64,000 nt of DNA from Lepidodermella squamata. Lineage: Eukaryota > Animalia > Gastrotricha. The DNA lies in NCBI GenBank assembly GCA_047495785.1, contig JBLDXI010000054.1, positions 1,240,001-1,304,000 on the forward strand, given 5' to 3'. The translations under genes were made by a program, and so were the position numbers. Positions 34,643 to 49,697 of this stretch are shown here, piece by piece (positions within the stretch are counted from its first letter, which is position 1; each line of letters starts with the position of its first letter). The notes beneath the pieces are model-generated. The model did not search any database, was not told the origin of the DNA, and saw only the letters and a list, made by a program, of their open reading frames with translations.

Positions 34643-35162
34643 AAGCCTGCTGAAATTTATTTTATTGCCAAAACTATTGAGACTCGCGATACCTTTAGAA
34701 ATCAGACTGGTCCCTAGCAAAACACGGAAATTGATGCTACGAGAATGGAGAAATTTGACACAAGACGTTCGAGAAATAAACACGGTAAAGATGTAAGTAG
34801 CTGGATACCCTAATTCCAGAAAAAGGTGGAATTCAAAATTTTCTGACGCGTCGGAAAAGGTTTGCACCTGTTTGGTTGGTTCAAAGAGCTATTTTCGTAC
34901 GATCACATTTCTTTTCACAACAGCATGCTTTTTAGACAACAAAACTATTTTAACGATCACACTTCACAGCAGAGGCATTCTAGCTACCAAATCTGTCATC
35001 TGATAAAAAAAATGAAGCTAAGATTTAGCCACAGCACAATTCGGATATACAAAGCGTCCGGCAAAGTTTAAAATTAACAGATAAGGGATAAGGGTACTAA
35101 TTGCTTATTCATGCAAACCTCATCTCAATTTTCACATAATTTTCTCATAGCTAAAGTAGGAA

Positions 35163-37788
35163 TTAGGCTGTTGTGAACTGAACTTCAGATATAGTGTTTA
35201 TTTTTCGATGATGGTTTCTCAAGCTTGATCCAGCGCGAGACGGTGGCGACTCCAGGGGCTCCAGTTTTCTCATTTTCGAAAAGAAAAGCATACCCAGATT
35301 CAATGTGATGCAGGCGAATATCATAACTGAACACGTTATGCGCTGATAGGAACTTTCCTTGAAAATAGCCCCAGCGATGATTCCCCCGCAAGCAAGAAGC
35401 ATCACAGTTCCGTAAAAGCAGGCTGCATTCACTTTCAAATCCGTAATATGCGAGATTTTTTTCTGCAATCAAAATATGAAGACGATCACTGATTAGATAG
35501 AGACAAATAGCAATGATAACTTACCGATCTGAGCGCATGCGCCAGGAAAATTCCCCTGAAAGTCATGGCCCCAGTGATCAAGCAGGACGCTGCGATGACA
35601 AATTGAGACATGATGGTTGACCCAGAGGCTAAACTGTATTTTATGACTATCCTTTCATATGTGTTATCTGTAACACTTGCGCCAATTGTTTCCACTACCG
35701 TTGGTGGCGATACCACGAAACAAATCAACAGCAGTAGTGAAAATAAAGTCAGTAAAGCCGCTCCAATACCAATTACTGCCATTCTCAAGCTACCAAAACC
35801 AGATATACTACCAACTTTTCCGGAAGAGAAGTTTGTCTGTCTCGAAGATCGACCATCATTTGTTAACATATGTAAAGCAGCTTTTTTCATGGCTAAAGAA
35901 GCCAATTCCAACTTTCCGGACATGCCGAAAAGAATACATGTGATGCCGAGAAATAACATTGCCAGAGCCAAAGTTGCTAGAGGTTGAAAATTAGAATCGA
36001 AATGCATGGGCTGGAGCAGTACCGAAGTCAGAAGTATTACATCTCCAATCAGGATGAATCGCCCAAGCCCTGGGACAGATGTCGTGATTCGTTCGTTTGT
36101 CTTGCGACATTTTTCATGCCATATGAAAATGAAGATACTGACTGCTAACAATACGCCCGCAACAGTTGTGATCGCAATGAAGGCGGGAAGTTCGAGGAGA
36201 GGGGATATTGTCGTCAATAAGTGCACCATGTCTGTGGGAGGTCTTCCGTTCGAAGTTCTCCAGGCTATTGGCGAGAGACTACAATTTAGCGTTCGGGTCT
36301 TCGAATAGTAGACGCATATTGGGGATGATCGGACTTTGTCTGAAGATTTGTCTCTCCTGAATTGAGCGATGCCTTGAATAGGACTGCCGCCTGTGTTCAA
36401 CGTTGTATTACTTTCGAAAGCGACATCCCCGACCGTGATTTTGAGGCGACTCGAATAGAGAGCTTCCTTGATTGTGTCAGCAATGAATTTGCCGTTTTGT
36501 TTGAACAAATCACCGACGGTCACCCATTGCGACAATGTTTGATTATCTGTAAAAACAAAACGTCATAATTCGAGTTGAATGGTAATTGGAGTTATGTCTT
36601 ACTCAATCTCAAAATACTCTCGGTTCTGTTGAGTACAAAAGCAGCCACCAATGTGCCGTCATAGCACGAACTTCTCCTTGTAGAGAAGAAAGGCGAAGTC
36701 TCTGGCTTTTCGATTCTTGCTCTCATCCAATCGGCTACATCCATAGCTGAATTTCCAAACGAATCTCTTTCATTGTCCATTCGTAAGTCTAAACTGCTAG
36801 CGCACCCAAAAGCGAATATGCTTTGTTGCACTTCCTCCAGCATACTCTCCGTGCACCAATCAGTGAAGCGTGAAGGATCATTAGGTACGAAAACGGAGGT
36901 TAGCAAAGTGAAAATAGCGATGTTTGGCCCGAAGAGCTTGTATCGATGTAGAAAACAAGCTATTCGAGCGGTACTTAATGCATTAACAATTATTATCCTT
37001 GGATTCACTTTTTTCAAATCTGATACCGCTTGCTCGATGTATGGAGGTTCAGCCAGGGTACCGAGAACGTAGGGAATTTTGAAGACCCCCAATATTTTCG
37101 AGCCATTATTTTTCTCAAAACTTGCGATGAACTCATTTTCAATCTGTCCAAAGTAATCACTGGCCTCGGATAAGATCGCAACCCTGCGCCAGCTCATAGA
37201 GATGAGGAATTCCTGGAGGCTGCTGTAGCAGGTGATGAGCTGCGGCTGCGCTATAAAATAGTTTCGATATCGTGATCTTTTGGTGTGGGGCTCGAGTTGT
37301 ACTGCCGACAGACCGAATCCAACATAGTTGAAGTATTGGAGGATTTCCCCGGTGTGATAGTTTGTTGTGCCTGACGGACCAATCGTCAAGGGTAGTCGAT
37401 CTGAAATTGAGTCGTTCAGTTGAAGCTGAGAAATGATTCTTCCAACTCCAATCGGTCTGGAAAACTGATAGAACAGATAGAAATATGAATAACCCTAAAG
37501 GGTTTAGCCTACCATGTCATCGATAACGTCAACAGCAAGATCATAACCCGGTAGCATGTTCATTCTTTTCACACTTTCAAGAGCGAATCTGATCCCCTCG
37601 GTACAGATAGGCCCCAAAGGTATAACAGACCCACCATAGTTCAATGCAGCCATAATACTGATCACTTTCCGACTAGAATCATTCGGGTTGTAGGTTGTTG
37701 AGAAAATTCTAGGCTCCAGTGGGGCTGTCAATGGTATCTTGGCCAACGCAGAGCCGACAGTTACCAGAGCAATTACGATTCGAATCAT
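35163..37788 (-). CDS. Receptor G6: GABA-B-like class C GPCR, apparently intact
   Basis: Four exons represented by ORFs 37504..37788, 36592..37389, 35486..36535 and 35163..35468. Confidence 0.87.
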
Positions 37789-39357
37789 CGGATGAAGAAA
37801 TATGTTAGTTCTCGATTTTGCGGACAGCTTTTATATCGAGGTTGAAGATCTTAACGACAGTGCATTATCGTCGATACATTCCTCATAGAACGATCAGAAT
37901 CCCCAGACAAGTCGTGGGCTTCATTTCCGAAGCGTTTGAATTTGCCACGCAAAGCAGCGACACGTTTACAAGTGATTATCACATTGATCTGGAGAGAATA
38001 TGCGTCTTGCCTTGCTTCGTCGAGTATTGAAAATCGTCTATCAGTGTCGCCCTTTTTTTTAAGAGGACAATTGCAATCTTACTTGAATGCCATTCCAACC
38101 ATTAGAGCGATGAGGAACAGGAAGTAATGCTAGCTAACAGCTTGATATCCGGTTAGTGCTGTGACGAGCTTCATTTGTTTCTCAAATCCTCCTCTCTCCG
38201 ACATCTTTCGCATGGCTACTGAAGTGGAACCCCCATCGGCCTAACAACAGAGCGCCAACTGCACAGCTTGAGAAAATTCGAAACCTTACGCACGTCTGTG
38301 TTAAATATCCGCCCGACGTTTTTTGTACGTCAGGAAAAACGTCGATTTCTCAGTTCCAGATCCACCAGTTGGTCTTTATTTTTCAGTTATAAAGAGCGTT
38401 GTCAGTTGTTTAACTCTGATTTAACCTTTGTGTTGGTTTATGTTGGCATTGTAAACTCCTGTATTTTGTTCTCCTTTCAGACAAAAGGAAGGCAAAACAA
38501 ATTTAGGCTTCAGATTCATAAGGCTCTTTTTGTTACCAAGTAGGATCATTCTCTCTGTGTCAACATTTAGCTTTTAGCTCCCGAGGCAAAGGTCAGAGGT
38601 GGGAATAGGTCGGGTTAAACGGCCGGCAAATTTACCGGCTGCCGGTTTGGTCAGGTATGGGTAGTAGCAGAAATGGACCCGCTACAGCAAGACTTTATTA
38701 TGCTTGCCCGCTACAGCAAGGTATTTATTATGCTCGGCCAGAGCCAATCAACATAATGGATTTTGTCTTATGGGGTTCAGTTTTTTGATAAGGGATTCTT
38801 CATTTTTATGTCAGGTTTATTATGGCTACTATTGATTATCGGCAATCATTGGATTGATTTGTTTTGTGAACTCAAGCCAGAATAAATTGCGCTGTATTTA
38901 TTTGATGTTGATTTGATGTTATCAATCTCACATCGAGTAAGTTTGACCCTCATATCATGGCTAATTTGAAATCATATGCTAAACTAGGTTTATCTGCAAC
39001 AGGAAAGACCGACCCGGTTCTTTCGGTGCGAGGTTAACCGGGGATTTCGGCCAGGCCTTTCGGTTCGGCACATCTCTATTTAGAGCTAATTCAATATTGC
39101 ATGAGACGCTCCAGCAGAAACCAGCCCAAATATTCATTGTTATAGCAAACAAGGAAGGAGGTAACCAAGGTAAAGAAATTTCGATTTTCATTCCATTTTC
39201 GAATTATTCGAATTATTTGAAATAGCGGACAATAAACTACTGAATTAACTTCTACTGAAAGAACGAGAATAACTCCATGGTATGTTATAAGCAAACATAG
39301 GAACAGTCTGAGTAGGTAGATTTGTTCTAAACAGGACCCAAAGTGGACCGCTGGGAT

Positions 39358-41977
39358 TTATATCGCAGATATAGCATTTATTTTTCGATGACGGCTTCTC
39401 AGGTTTTGTCCAGCGCGAGACGGTGGTGACTCCAGGAGCTGTAATGTTCTCATTTTTGAAACGAAAAGCATGACCAGATTCAATGTGATGCAGGCGAATA
39501 TCATAGCTGATAAGGTTATGCGCTGATATGAACTTTCCTTAAAAATCGCCCCTGCGATGATGCCCCCGCAAGCAAGAAGCATCACTGTTCCATAGAAGCA
39601 AGCTGCGTTCGCTTTCAAATCCGTAATATGTGCGATTTTTATCTGCAATGCAGAAAGCAATAATTAGTTGTATTCATTATTCAATAACAACTTACCGATC
39701 TCAGCGAGTGAGCAAGGAAACTTCCTTTCAAAGTCATTGCTCCATTTATCAAGCATGCTGCCGAGATGACTACTTGAGACATGATTGATGACCCAGGGGC
39801 GAGATTATATTTTAACACCACCTTTTCAAACGTGTTATCGATAACAATCACGCTAATTTTTTCCACTATCGTTGGTGGCGATATCCCGAAACAAATTAGC
39901 AGCAGAAGTGTAAACGACGTCAGTAAAGCCGCCCCAATACTAATTACTGTCGTTCTCAAGCTTCCAAAACCAGAAACTCTTGCAGCTTTTCGGAAAGAAT
40001 AGTTTGTCTGTCTAGAAAATCGACCATCATTTGCTAACATATCTAGCGCAGCTTTTTTCATGGCTAGAGATGCCAGCTCCAACTTTCCGGCCATGCCAAA
40101 AACAATACAGGTAATGCCGAGAAGCAGCAGTCCCAGAGCCAAAGTCGATAGAGGTTGGAAATTGGAATCGAAATGCAAGGGTTGCAGCAGCAAGGAGGCA
40201 AGAAGTATTAAATCTCCAATAAGGATGAATCGCCCAAGCTGAGGGACAGATGTTGCGATCCGTTCATTCGTCTTGCGTGATTTTTCATCCCAAATGAAAA
40301 CAATCGTGGTAATTGCTAGTAGTAATACAGCGAGAGTTGTGATCGTGATGTAGGCGGGAAGTTCGAGTAGAGGAGATATCGTTTTCAAAAGGTTCAAAGA
40401 GTCAGCAGGAGGTTTTCCGTTTGATGTTCTCCAGACTAATGGCGAGAGACTGCAATTCAGGGCTCGGATCTTCGTTTGGTAAATGCATATTGGAGTGGAT
40501 TGGACTTTGTTAGCAGATCTTTCTCTTCTGAACTGAAAAATTCCTTGAATCGGACTGCCGCCTGTGTTCAGCGTTGTATTCCTCTCAAAAGCGATATCGC
40601 CGTCAGTGACTTTAAGGCGACTCAAATAGAGGGATTCTTTGATTGTGTCCACTATGAAGCTACCGTTTTGTTTGAACAATTTCCCAGCCGTTACCCATTG
40701 CGAGAGAGTTTGGTCATCTGTGGAAAAGCAATTAATTGTTAGGATATTATTCATTAGTTATGGGTGATAATGAGCTTACTCAGTCTTAAGAGCGTTTCAG
40801 TTTTGTTCAGTGCAAAAGCCGCCACCAATGTGGTGTCATAGCACGCACTTTTTCTCGTCGCAAAAAAGGGCGAAGCCTCTGGCCTCTCAATTCTTGCTGT
40901 CATCCAATCGGCTATATCGGCAGCTGAATTTCCAAACGAATCCTTCTCAGTGTCCAGACGCAAGTCTAAACGACTAGAGCATCCGAATGTAAACACGCTT
41001 TGTAATACTTCCTCCAACATACTCTCCGTGCACCAGTCAGTGAAGCGAGAAGGATCGTTTTGTACAAAGACCGAGGTTGTTAAAGTTAAAATGACAACGT
41101 TTGGCCCAAACAGCTTATATCGATGTAAATAGCAAGCCGCTCGAGCTGTACTCAATGCATTGACCATGATTATCCTGGGATTCACTTTTTTCAAGTCTGA
41201 AACAGCTTGCTCGATGTATTGAGGCTCAGCCAAGGTGCCGAGGACGTAGGGAATCTTGAAAACTCCCAATATTTTTGAGCCATTATTTTTTTCGAAATCA
41301 GCGATAAACTGTGTTTCGATCTGTCCAAAGTAATCACTGGCCTCGGATAAGATCGCAACCCTGCGCCAGTTCATAGAGATGAGGAATTCCTGGAGGCTGC
41401 TGTAACAGGCAATTAGCTGCGGTTGCATTATAAATAAGTTTTGATAACGTGATCTCATGGTATGAGGCTCGATTTGGATTGCTGTCACAGTATATCCGAC
41501 ATAGTTGAAGTATTGAATGATCTGACCGGTGTGATAATTCGCAGAGCTGGCTGGGCCTATCGTCAAGGGTAGTCGATCTGAAACTGAGTCGTTCAGTTGA
41601 AGCTGAGAAATGATTCTGCCCACTCCTAGCGGTCTAGAAAACTGATGAAAAAATATATTTTCATGCCTAAAGATTTATGGCGGTATATTGCTTTTGCTTA
41701 CCAAATCATCTACGAAGTCGACAGCTAGTTCATAGCCTGGTAGCATGTTCATACTTTTCACACTATCAAGAGCGAATCTGATCCCCTCGGTACAGAGAGG
41801 ACCCAATGGTAGAACGGGCCCACCATAGCTGAATGAAGCCATAATACTGATCACTTTCCGACTGGTATCATTCGGGTTGTAGGTTGTTGAGAAAATTCTA
41901 GGCTCCAGTGGGGCTGTCAATGGTATCTTGGCCAACGCAGAGCCGACAGTTATCAGAGCAATTACGATTCGAATCAT
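39358..41977 (-). CDS. Receptor G7: GABA-B-like class C GPCR, apparently intact
   Basis: Four exons represented by ORFs 41675..41977, 40754..41623, 39681..40754 and 39358..39660. Confidence 0.87.
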
Positions 41978-43503
41978 CGGATGTCAACCTGTGTTAATTC
42001 TCAATTTTTCGATCTGCTTTAATTTTTAATCCAGAGATGTTAATGAAAATGCCGCATCTGCTACATACTGTAGATGATAAATGTTAATATTCAGAACGTG
42101 GGCTTCATTACGATTCGAATCATCAGTTAATTAGGTGTGCTAGCTCTCATTTTCACAAGCTGTTTCGATATTCAAAGCGAATATCTTGCTGGAAATGTAA
42201 TATCGCCACTGCATTCTACATAAGGCACAGATTAATTACCTGGCTAGACGTGGGCTGCAATTCCTGAACGTCTTCGCTAACCACGCAAATTTGCGACTCG
42301 CGCGCAAATTAATTACCCGTGTCTCTTTTATAAGGCGGCATAATCACGAGCAAGCGTGGACGTCGCTGACATGGCAGCGATCAAAATCTCTCCAGCGTCG
42401 TCAATATTTTTCAATAGTGGGCTTCTCATGGGTTTGATAGAAACTGCCATAACTGACTGAAACAGCGATAGATTCTGCTTCGAGCTGGAAATTTTGGTAA
42501 AATGTCAAGTTCCAGATGAAGCCTCGCATTGAAGCGTACGTGGTATCATCTTAAAGCAGATATGACTCAGAACACAATACCCTATTCAGTTTCCTCAGAA
42601 TGCTGCTATAGTGTGTTACAAGGTGTGCCGGCGCTTGGGGTTATTTGGGGCATTCGGACAAATGCTCGTGTAATCAGTATAAATCAGTATAATATAGTAT
42701 AATTTTTTTTTATTCCGATTTTCACACCGAGGCGAAACGACGCAACACTTCGGCAACCCTTCATCGAAATCTGTCAGTTGGCTTTTGCCTTTCAGCTTTC
42801 CAAAATCGGCCTGGTCGAGGTCGAGGGAGACGTACACGGAAATTATGACGCACAAAAATGCTTGGTACCGGTCGAGCCCAGCACGCCTTAACCTTTTTCG
42901 AAGTCACATTTCGAAATGAAAATGAACAAGTGTCACCAGTAAATTTCATCTCATTGAGTCGTAAAACTGACAAAACAGGCAAATTCTTTTCTGAAACCTC
43001 ACAAGTCTTTGCAAGAAAAAATCGGAAGCAGATGAAACGGGAACCGAAGCACTGAAATGCAGTCATACTGCCTACTCTTACTTTCGCCTTATTGCTCCAA
43101 GGACGCTTGCCGCTTAAAAGCAGGAAGAGAAGCCAAGGGAAGTTCATCAGTCCTGAAAAAAGGTGGGCGGAGCTGTTAAAATGAAATTCAGTCATCCGCG
43201 ACACTCCTGACTCCCGTCCTGAACTTTTTTTCCTTTGCAGTTCTATACATGGTATGTTATACTAGCTGCCACAAAATCCAAAAGAGTTGAATATCCGAGA
43301 CAGCATTCCACCCCTTGAGTGAGAATCACATATCTGAATCATAATGTTCGATGCTGCGCGGCAAAAAGGAAAAGCGTAAACACAATGCATCATGAGACAG
43401 GAAATTCTGCAGCGGGATGTCGTGACAATTTCGCGGCTTCTGATATTATTCTCCTATTTAAGCAGCAAAGGTCGCTGACGAACCAACACGATTGATTACG
43501 CCG

Positions 43504-46122
43504 ATGTTACGCTTATTTCTCGCTTTGCTAACTGCTGGCTCTGCTTTGGGTAAGATACCCATGTCGGCTCCTCTGGAGCCGAGAATATTCTCATCAACAT
43601 ACAACCCGAACGATACGAGTCGGAAGGTGATAAGTATTATGGCAGCGTATAACTATGGAGGTACCGTGCAACCCATGGGGCCCATCTGCACCGAGGCGAT
43701 CAGATTCGCACTTGATAGCGTTAAACGAATGAACATGTTACCTGGTTACGAACTAGCTGTTGACTTTGTTGATGACCAAGTAAGCGCACTTGCTATTCAA
43801 AATGATGTATGTAGTTTTTGTGACAGTTCTCCAGACCGATTGGAGTGAGCAGAATCGTTTCACAGCTGCAATTCAATGAGTCAGTCCCAGATCGATTACC
43901 CTTAACGTTAGGCCCGTTCAGTTCGGCTAACATCAACACTGGACAGCTCATGCAACATTTCAATTACGTCGGAATCGCATTGACAACAACACAAAACGAG
44001 CCTCTTACTCAGAGATCACGTTATTCCAACTATTTTGTCATTCAAGCTTCTCTTAGCTCCTGCTACAACACCCTCCACAAGTACCTCGGTTTGATGAAGT
44101 GGCAAAGAGTGGCGATCTTATCTGAAGGCAGTGACTACTTTGGACAGATAGAAACAGAATTCATTTCGAACTTTGAGAGGAATAATGGCTCTAAGGTTGC
44201 GGGGGTTTTCAAAATTCCAATTATCGCCGGCTCGCTAGCTGAGGCTCAAAACATCGAACAAGCTGTGTCGGACATGAAAAAACTGAATCCAAGAATAATT
44301 ATTCTGAACTCAGCGGCAACAACTCGAGCAGCTTGTTATCTACATCGGTATAAGTTGTTCGGACCAAATGTGGTCATTTTCTCGTTGATAACCTCAGTTT
44401 TCTCTCCTAATGACCCTTCCCGCTTCACTGATTGGTGTACCGAGAGCATGCTGGAGGAAGTTCTACAGAGTATGATCGCTTTCGGTTGCACTAGTCTTAT
44501 GACTCTGGGTGTTGACAGTGATTTGGATTCCTTTGGGAACTCAGGTTCAGACCTAACAAATTGGATCACGTCAAGAATAGAAAGGCCTGAGGCTTCACCG
44601 ATCTTTACTGTTAGGAGGCACGCGTGCTATGACACCACCATGGCAGGAATCTTTGTCTTGAACAGAACTGAGATCCTCCTTAATATCAGTAAGTACTAGT
44701 AAATTTTTACTCAGAAGTTTTACGTTTTTTGTATTCCAGACAATCAAACTCTTTCGCAATGGGTTACTCGTGGAGCATTGTTTAAACGGAATGGAAGCTC
44801 GATTGTTGACACCATGAAAGAAGCACTCTTTTCAACCCGCTTGAGTATAAAGATAGGGGATGTCGCTTTTGAAAGGAACACAACAGTGAACTCTGGCGGC
44901 AGCTCAATTCAAGGCATCATTCAAATCAGAAGGGATCCTATAACAAAGCAAGTCAGGCAATTCCCGTTATGCGTTTACTACTCGAAGACTCAAGCGTTGA
45001 ATTGCAGTCTATCGCCGATGGTTTGGAGAACATCGAACGGGAAACCTCCCACGGACACTGTGCGCGTTGAGAGGACGATATCTCCACTTCTTGATATCCC
45101 TGCCTACGCAACGATCAGTTTCTTCGCAGTGCTATTACTCACGACTTGCGTCATGATTTTCATTTGGCATGAAAAGTTGCGGAGGAAGAATGAAAGAATC
45201 GCAACTTCCGTCCCTGAGCTGGGACGATTCATCCTGGTTGGTGATATCCTATTGCTGATTTCTGTGCTTATTCAACCCATGCTTTTCGAATCGAATTTCC
45301 AACCTCTAATGACCCTGGCATATGGATTATTGTTTCTCGGCATTACCAGTCTCATGTTTGGATTGGAAGGGAAGCTTGAACTGGCTTATATTGCCCTGAA
45401 AAAAGCCGCTCTGCAAATGGCGACAAGTGATGGCCGAGTTTCACGAATAACCAATTTTTCCTCGGTTAAAGGTGCAAGCATACCTGGGTTTGGACGGTTA
45501 AAGGTTACTGTGTGCTGCATTGGAGCACTTTTGTTGACGTTGTTCGCAATATTATTGCTGGTATGCTTCGTGGTATCGCCGCCGACTGTCATGACTACAG
45601 ATGATGAAGTTTTCATCGATAGTTCGCTTGAAAGGGTTTTTGTGGAATACAGTTTAGACTTTGGATCATCGGCTATTACTCAATTCATCATTTCGGCGGC
45701 TTGCTTAATCAACGGGACCATCACATTGAGAGGAAGCTTTCTAGCTCATGCTCTCAGATCGGTAAGTTTTCAAAAAATTTCAAGTATTTCAATTTGTATG
45801 ATTTTCATTTTGATTTCTGCAGAAAACATGCTCGAAAATTACTGATTTGAAAGCAACTTCGGCTTGCTTCTACGGAACTGTAATGCTCCTGGCTTGTGGA
45901 GGCATCATAGCCGGTGCAATTTTCGACGAAAGTTCCTTTGATCGGATAACGTTATCAGTTATGATATTCGCCTGCGTCACAATGAATCTTGGCTTGCTTT
46001 TCTTTCCCAAAATGAGGAACCCTCAGCTGATCGAGACGCCGATGTCTAGCGCGGTCTCATCTCTGAAACTAGCTCATCGAAGAATGAATACTGTACCTTC
46101 AATTCAGTTCAACTCTTCATAG
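43504..46122 (+). CDS. Receptor G8: GABA-B-like class C GPCR, apparently intact
   Basis: Four exons represented by ORFs 43492, 43845, 44778 and 45847, with the same intron positions as G6/G7. Confidence 0.87.
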
Positions 46123-46596
46123 TTTTGTTGCCAATTTAGCCGCCTGCCAGCGTTTTAGGCTGGATTTGAGTTTGGCTAGAATTGTGTAGAACGTTTTCTG
46201 CTACTATTCCCGCTTCTTGAAACTTTGAATTTTGAAATATATGGGAATAAACCACATGATAAACTCCAATACAGCTACCTGAAGGGGCGGCAAAGTATTT
46301 TGAAATCAAGTTTGTGACTTTGTTGACCTTCAGAGCGCCTAGCATGATGAACTCCGCCTGCTCTGTCTGTGGCGTTATACTTATTTTTCATGATGTAGCC
46401 AACTCGGTGAACCAATTACATATGAAGGAGTAATTACGCGCATGACTCGACCTTGTGTTGCAATACGTAACAGGCGATGTGATAGGCCTTATTAAATTGT
46501 CAGAAAAATCAATCATCCCAAATTCCAGAGGCAGTTCTTCAAAATTTAAGCAGCCTCACATCATGGTTCTCATTAACACAGAATCATTTCACCAAC

Positions 46597-49264
46597 ATGA
46601 ACATGATTAGGGTTTTTACTTCTCTCACTGTGTTTATCGCGGCCATAGTTGCGGCGAAAGTCCCTTTAGACAGCCCTATCCCAGCAAATATATCGGCATT
46701 CTCGACGGGGAACAGTACTGGAAAAACTATCATAAAACTGCTAGCTATGGTACACTACGCAGGTCCTATTTTCGCTATGGGGCCTCTTACCACAGAAGCT
46801 ATGAAATACGCGTTGGACAGCGTTCAGAAAATGCCGAATTTTCTATCAAATTACGAATTGGTTATTGAACCAGTCGAAGAAATGGTAAGTGATTCGCTAT
46901 TTAACGTGTGCTTAATTGCTACATGCTTCTCTAGTGTCTGAGGCAAGTGGCTGTTTCGAAGTTCATCTCTGAAATGCGTCGAAATGAGGAGACATCGAAT
47001 AGATTTCCTCTAATTCTTGGTAACATGTGCTCAGGAAATTTCTACACTGGCCAGATGATGCATCATTACAATTTTAACACGGTTCGTTTTACCGCAATAA
47101 TTGTAGGTCAATGCATTTCTCTGAACTTTCAGATATCCCCGATTTTACTGTCCAACGAGGGCCATACGCAGCGAAGTCGTTTTCGGTCTTACTTTTCCAT
47201 GTCTTCGAGGCTTGCCGTCCAACACGCCGCTCTTGGAAGTTTCTTTTCTTCGATGGGATGGCGGAAAATTGCTATGTTTTCCGAAAGCAGTGACTTCATG
47301 AATCAAGTTGAAACTGAGTTTTTGGCAGACTTCGAGAAAACCGGTTTACTTGATGTACTGGGCATTTACAAGGTACCGTACAACAATGGCGCCATGCCAG
47401 AGTCTAGCCATGTAGAGGTCGCAATGATGGAGATGCTGAAAGCTAAACCGAGAATTATCATCATCAATAATGTATCATCAGTTCGCATTGCTTGCTGGCT
47501 GCACAGGGTCAAGTTATACGGCCCGAACTATGTGATTTTCATCGCAACTATCCCTGCTTTTAACCCGGAAGATCCGCTCCGCTATGACTGGTGTACGCCA
47601 GCAATGCTGCAAGAGCTTTTGCCAAGCGTATTTTCATTTGGGCTAACGACCAGGATGAATCTGAATCAAAATTCCATGGTAGATTCTTTAGGTAATAGCG
47701 GTTATGACTTTGACAATGCGATGATTGATCGCATTGAAACTCCGATGATAAATGCCAATTGGCTGTCAACACGTCATCAATCCTATGACAACGCCTTGGT
47801 TGCTGCATTTGTTCTGAATGAAACAGAATCGATTTTGAGAAAAAGTAAGTTCATCGTAATCTATCATCGATTTTTATTTTCAATTGCCTGTTTCAATGAG
47901 GAAATCAAACGCTTTCTGATTGGTTTACGAATGGGCCTAACTTCCAAGCATCAGGAGGTGAAATTTCGACCACAATTCAGCAGGCGTTATTCAATACCCG
48001 CGTAGAGGCTAAAACGGGCCGAATCGCTTTCGAGGAAAATACAACTAGGAATAGTGCTGGTAACATTCTTATCGGCATATTCCAATACCGGATCCAGAAC
48101 GATTCAACGAGCTTTGTGCAAACACCGGTAGCTGTGTACGATATGCAAAGGAAAAAGGTTGATCTAATTAGCTCAAAGATCATTTGGCGTACCCCAAGTG
48201 GGAATCCCCCAGCGGATTCTGTGAAAATCATCTCTATAGAACGATCATTCATTCCCACCGATGCTTACTCAGTTTTGACGGCTGTAGGTTGCATAGAGAT
48301 GATAATCATTCTAATTGTTGCCGTAGCCGTATGGTGGAAGCGAGATAATTATAATTTCAGTAATTCCACTCTACAGTTGAACACTTTCTTGTTGATTGGG
48401 GACTTTCTCCTCATTTCAAATGAGCTAGTTCAGAGCCAGAATCCACACAAAACGAACTGCATCACTGTTATGATAGCTATTATTCTTCTTGCTCTTGGAA
48501 TATTATGTGTTCTCTACGGATTAGTAGCGAAACTTGAATTAGGGAAGATAATCTTCTTGGCGTCAGTCGCTAAGCAGATGAAAAAGATCGGAGGGCTTCG
48601 GGGAGCTTTGTCCAACATGAGTTTACATAAATCCATTCAAATGTTTGTCTTCATTGGTATTTGCTTGATTGCCTTCTGCATCGGCATTGGCATAACTTGG
48701 TTAAGTTTGGACCCGGTTACAGTTGGCATCAAAATGTCCGATCTGACAGCTATGGAGTCTGACGATTCTATTGAGTATAGAACCGTCACATATTTATGCA
48801 TGGTCAACTCCAATTATGCAACGAAGGTTGCAGTCGCTATTTACGGTTCGCTTTTCATTCTAATCATTCTTCGCGGTACTTTTCTGACTTTTACTTTGAA
48901 ATCTGTAAGTTTCTCAAACTTCAAGTGCAAGATGTATGATTTATTAATGTTAAATTTCATAGCTCACATTTGAAAACATCAATGATTTCCAACAAGCTAA
49001 GCAAACTCTGTGCGGAACTATTGTCCTCCTGGTTGGCGGGTTTGTTATCGCCTGGGCAATTTTCGCTGATCCGCTGTCCCAGAGGCTTACGATCACTTCA
49101 ATGAATTATCTTTGCGTAGCACTCAACGTCGCCCTACTCTTCATTCCTAAGGTAAAACGGTTCTATCAATTTGCCTAAATTTCCATTCATAACCTATGTG
49201 TTCTTCACAGTTTAAAAACCCGTGGCGACAACTGATAATTTCACATCTCATGGTTCAAGTTTGA
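46597..49264 (+). CDS. Receptor G9: GABA-B-like class C GPCR, apparently intact
   Basis: ORFs 46597, 46947 and 48116, plus a TM6-7 exon near 48963-49151 (CGTIVLLVGG..LLFIPK) and a last exon from 49211. Confidence 0.83.
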
Positions 49265-49697
49265 GCCGCTTCACAAACGTATAGGTTCTAGGATTAAAAA
49301 ATATTCTCCCTGCTGCCTAATGAATCTATGTCTGTGTTGAAGTGTCGAGGCAATTCGTGTATCAATTACTCCCAAGATCAAAACATTCGAATTCAGTCAC
49401 GTTTTCATTCTGATGTACGATTTGATGGCGTTGAATCCTCGAAAGGTTAATGATGCTCTCAGACCGTTGCGCGGAACGCAGGCAATACGTGATTTTTCAT
49501 TGAAAAACTCAACAACAGCTGTGGGTGTAAAATGTTGTAATAAGGTGTAGGTGTAATAATACGAAAACACGGTTAACCTATTCAGTTAAATAAAATAAAT
49601 AAAATTAATAAATTTGTATGAGATTGAAGAATAGCTGAACTTTGGATAAAATGCTAAGCATTGATATACAAACAGAACGATAGATAAGGGAAAGCCA

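Noticed and set aside
38594-39078. Possible hAT remnant with CCGG-rich ends and a 27-28 bp internal tandem duplication
   Set aside because: Ends only loosely inverted and no TSD, so boundaries cannot be supported.
42616-43212. Possible Tc1-like MITE and ORF 42761..43204
   Set aside because: Terminal match is too weak and the ORF has no recognisable motif.
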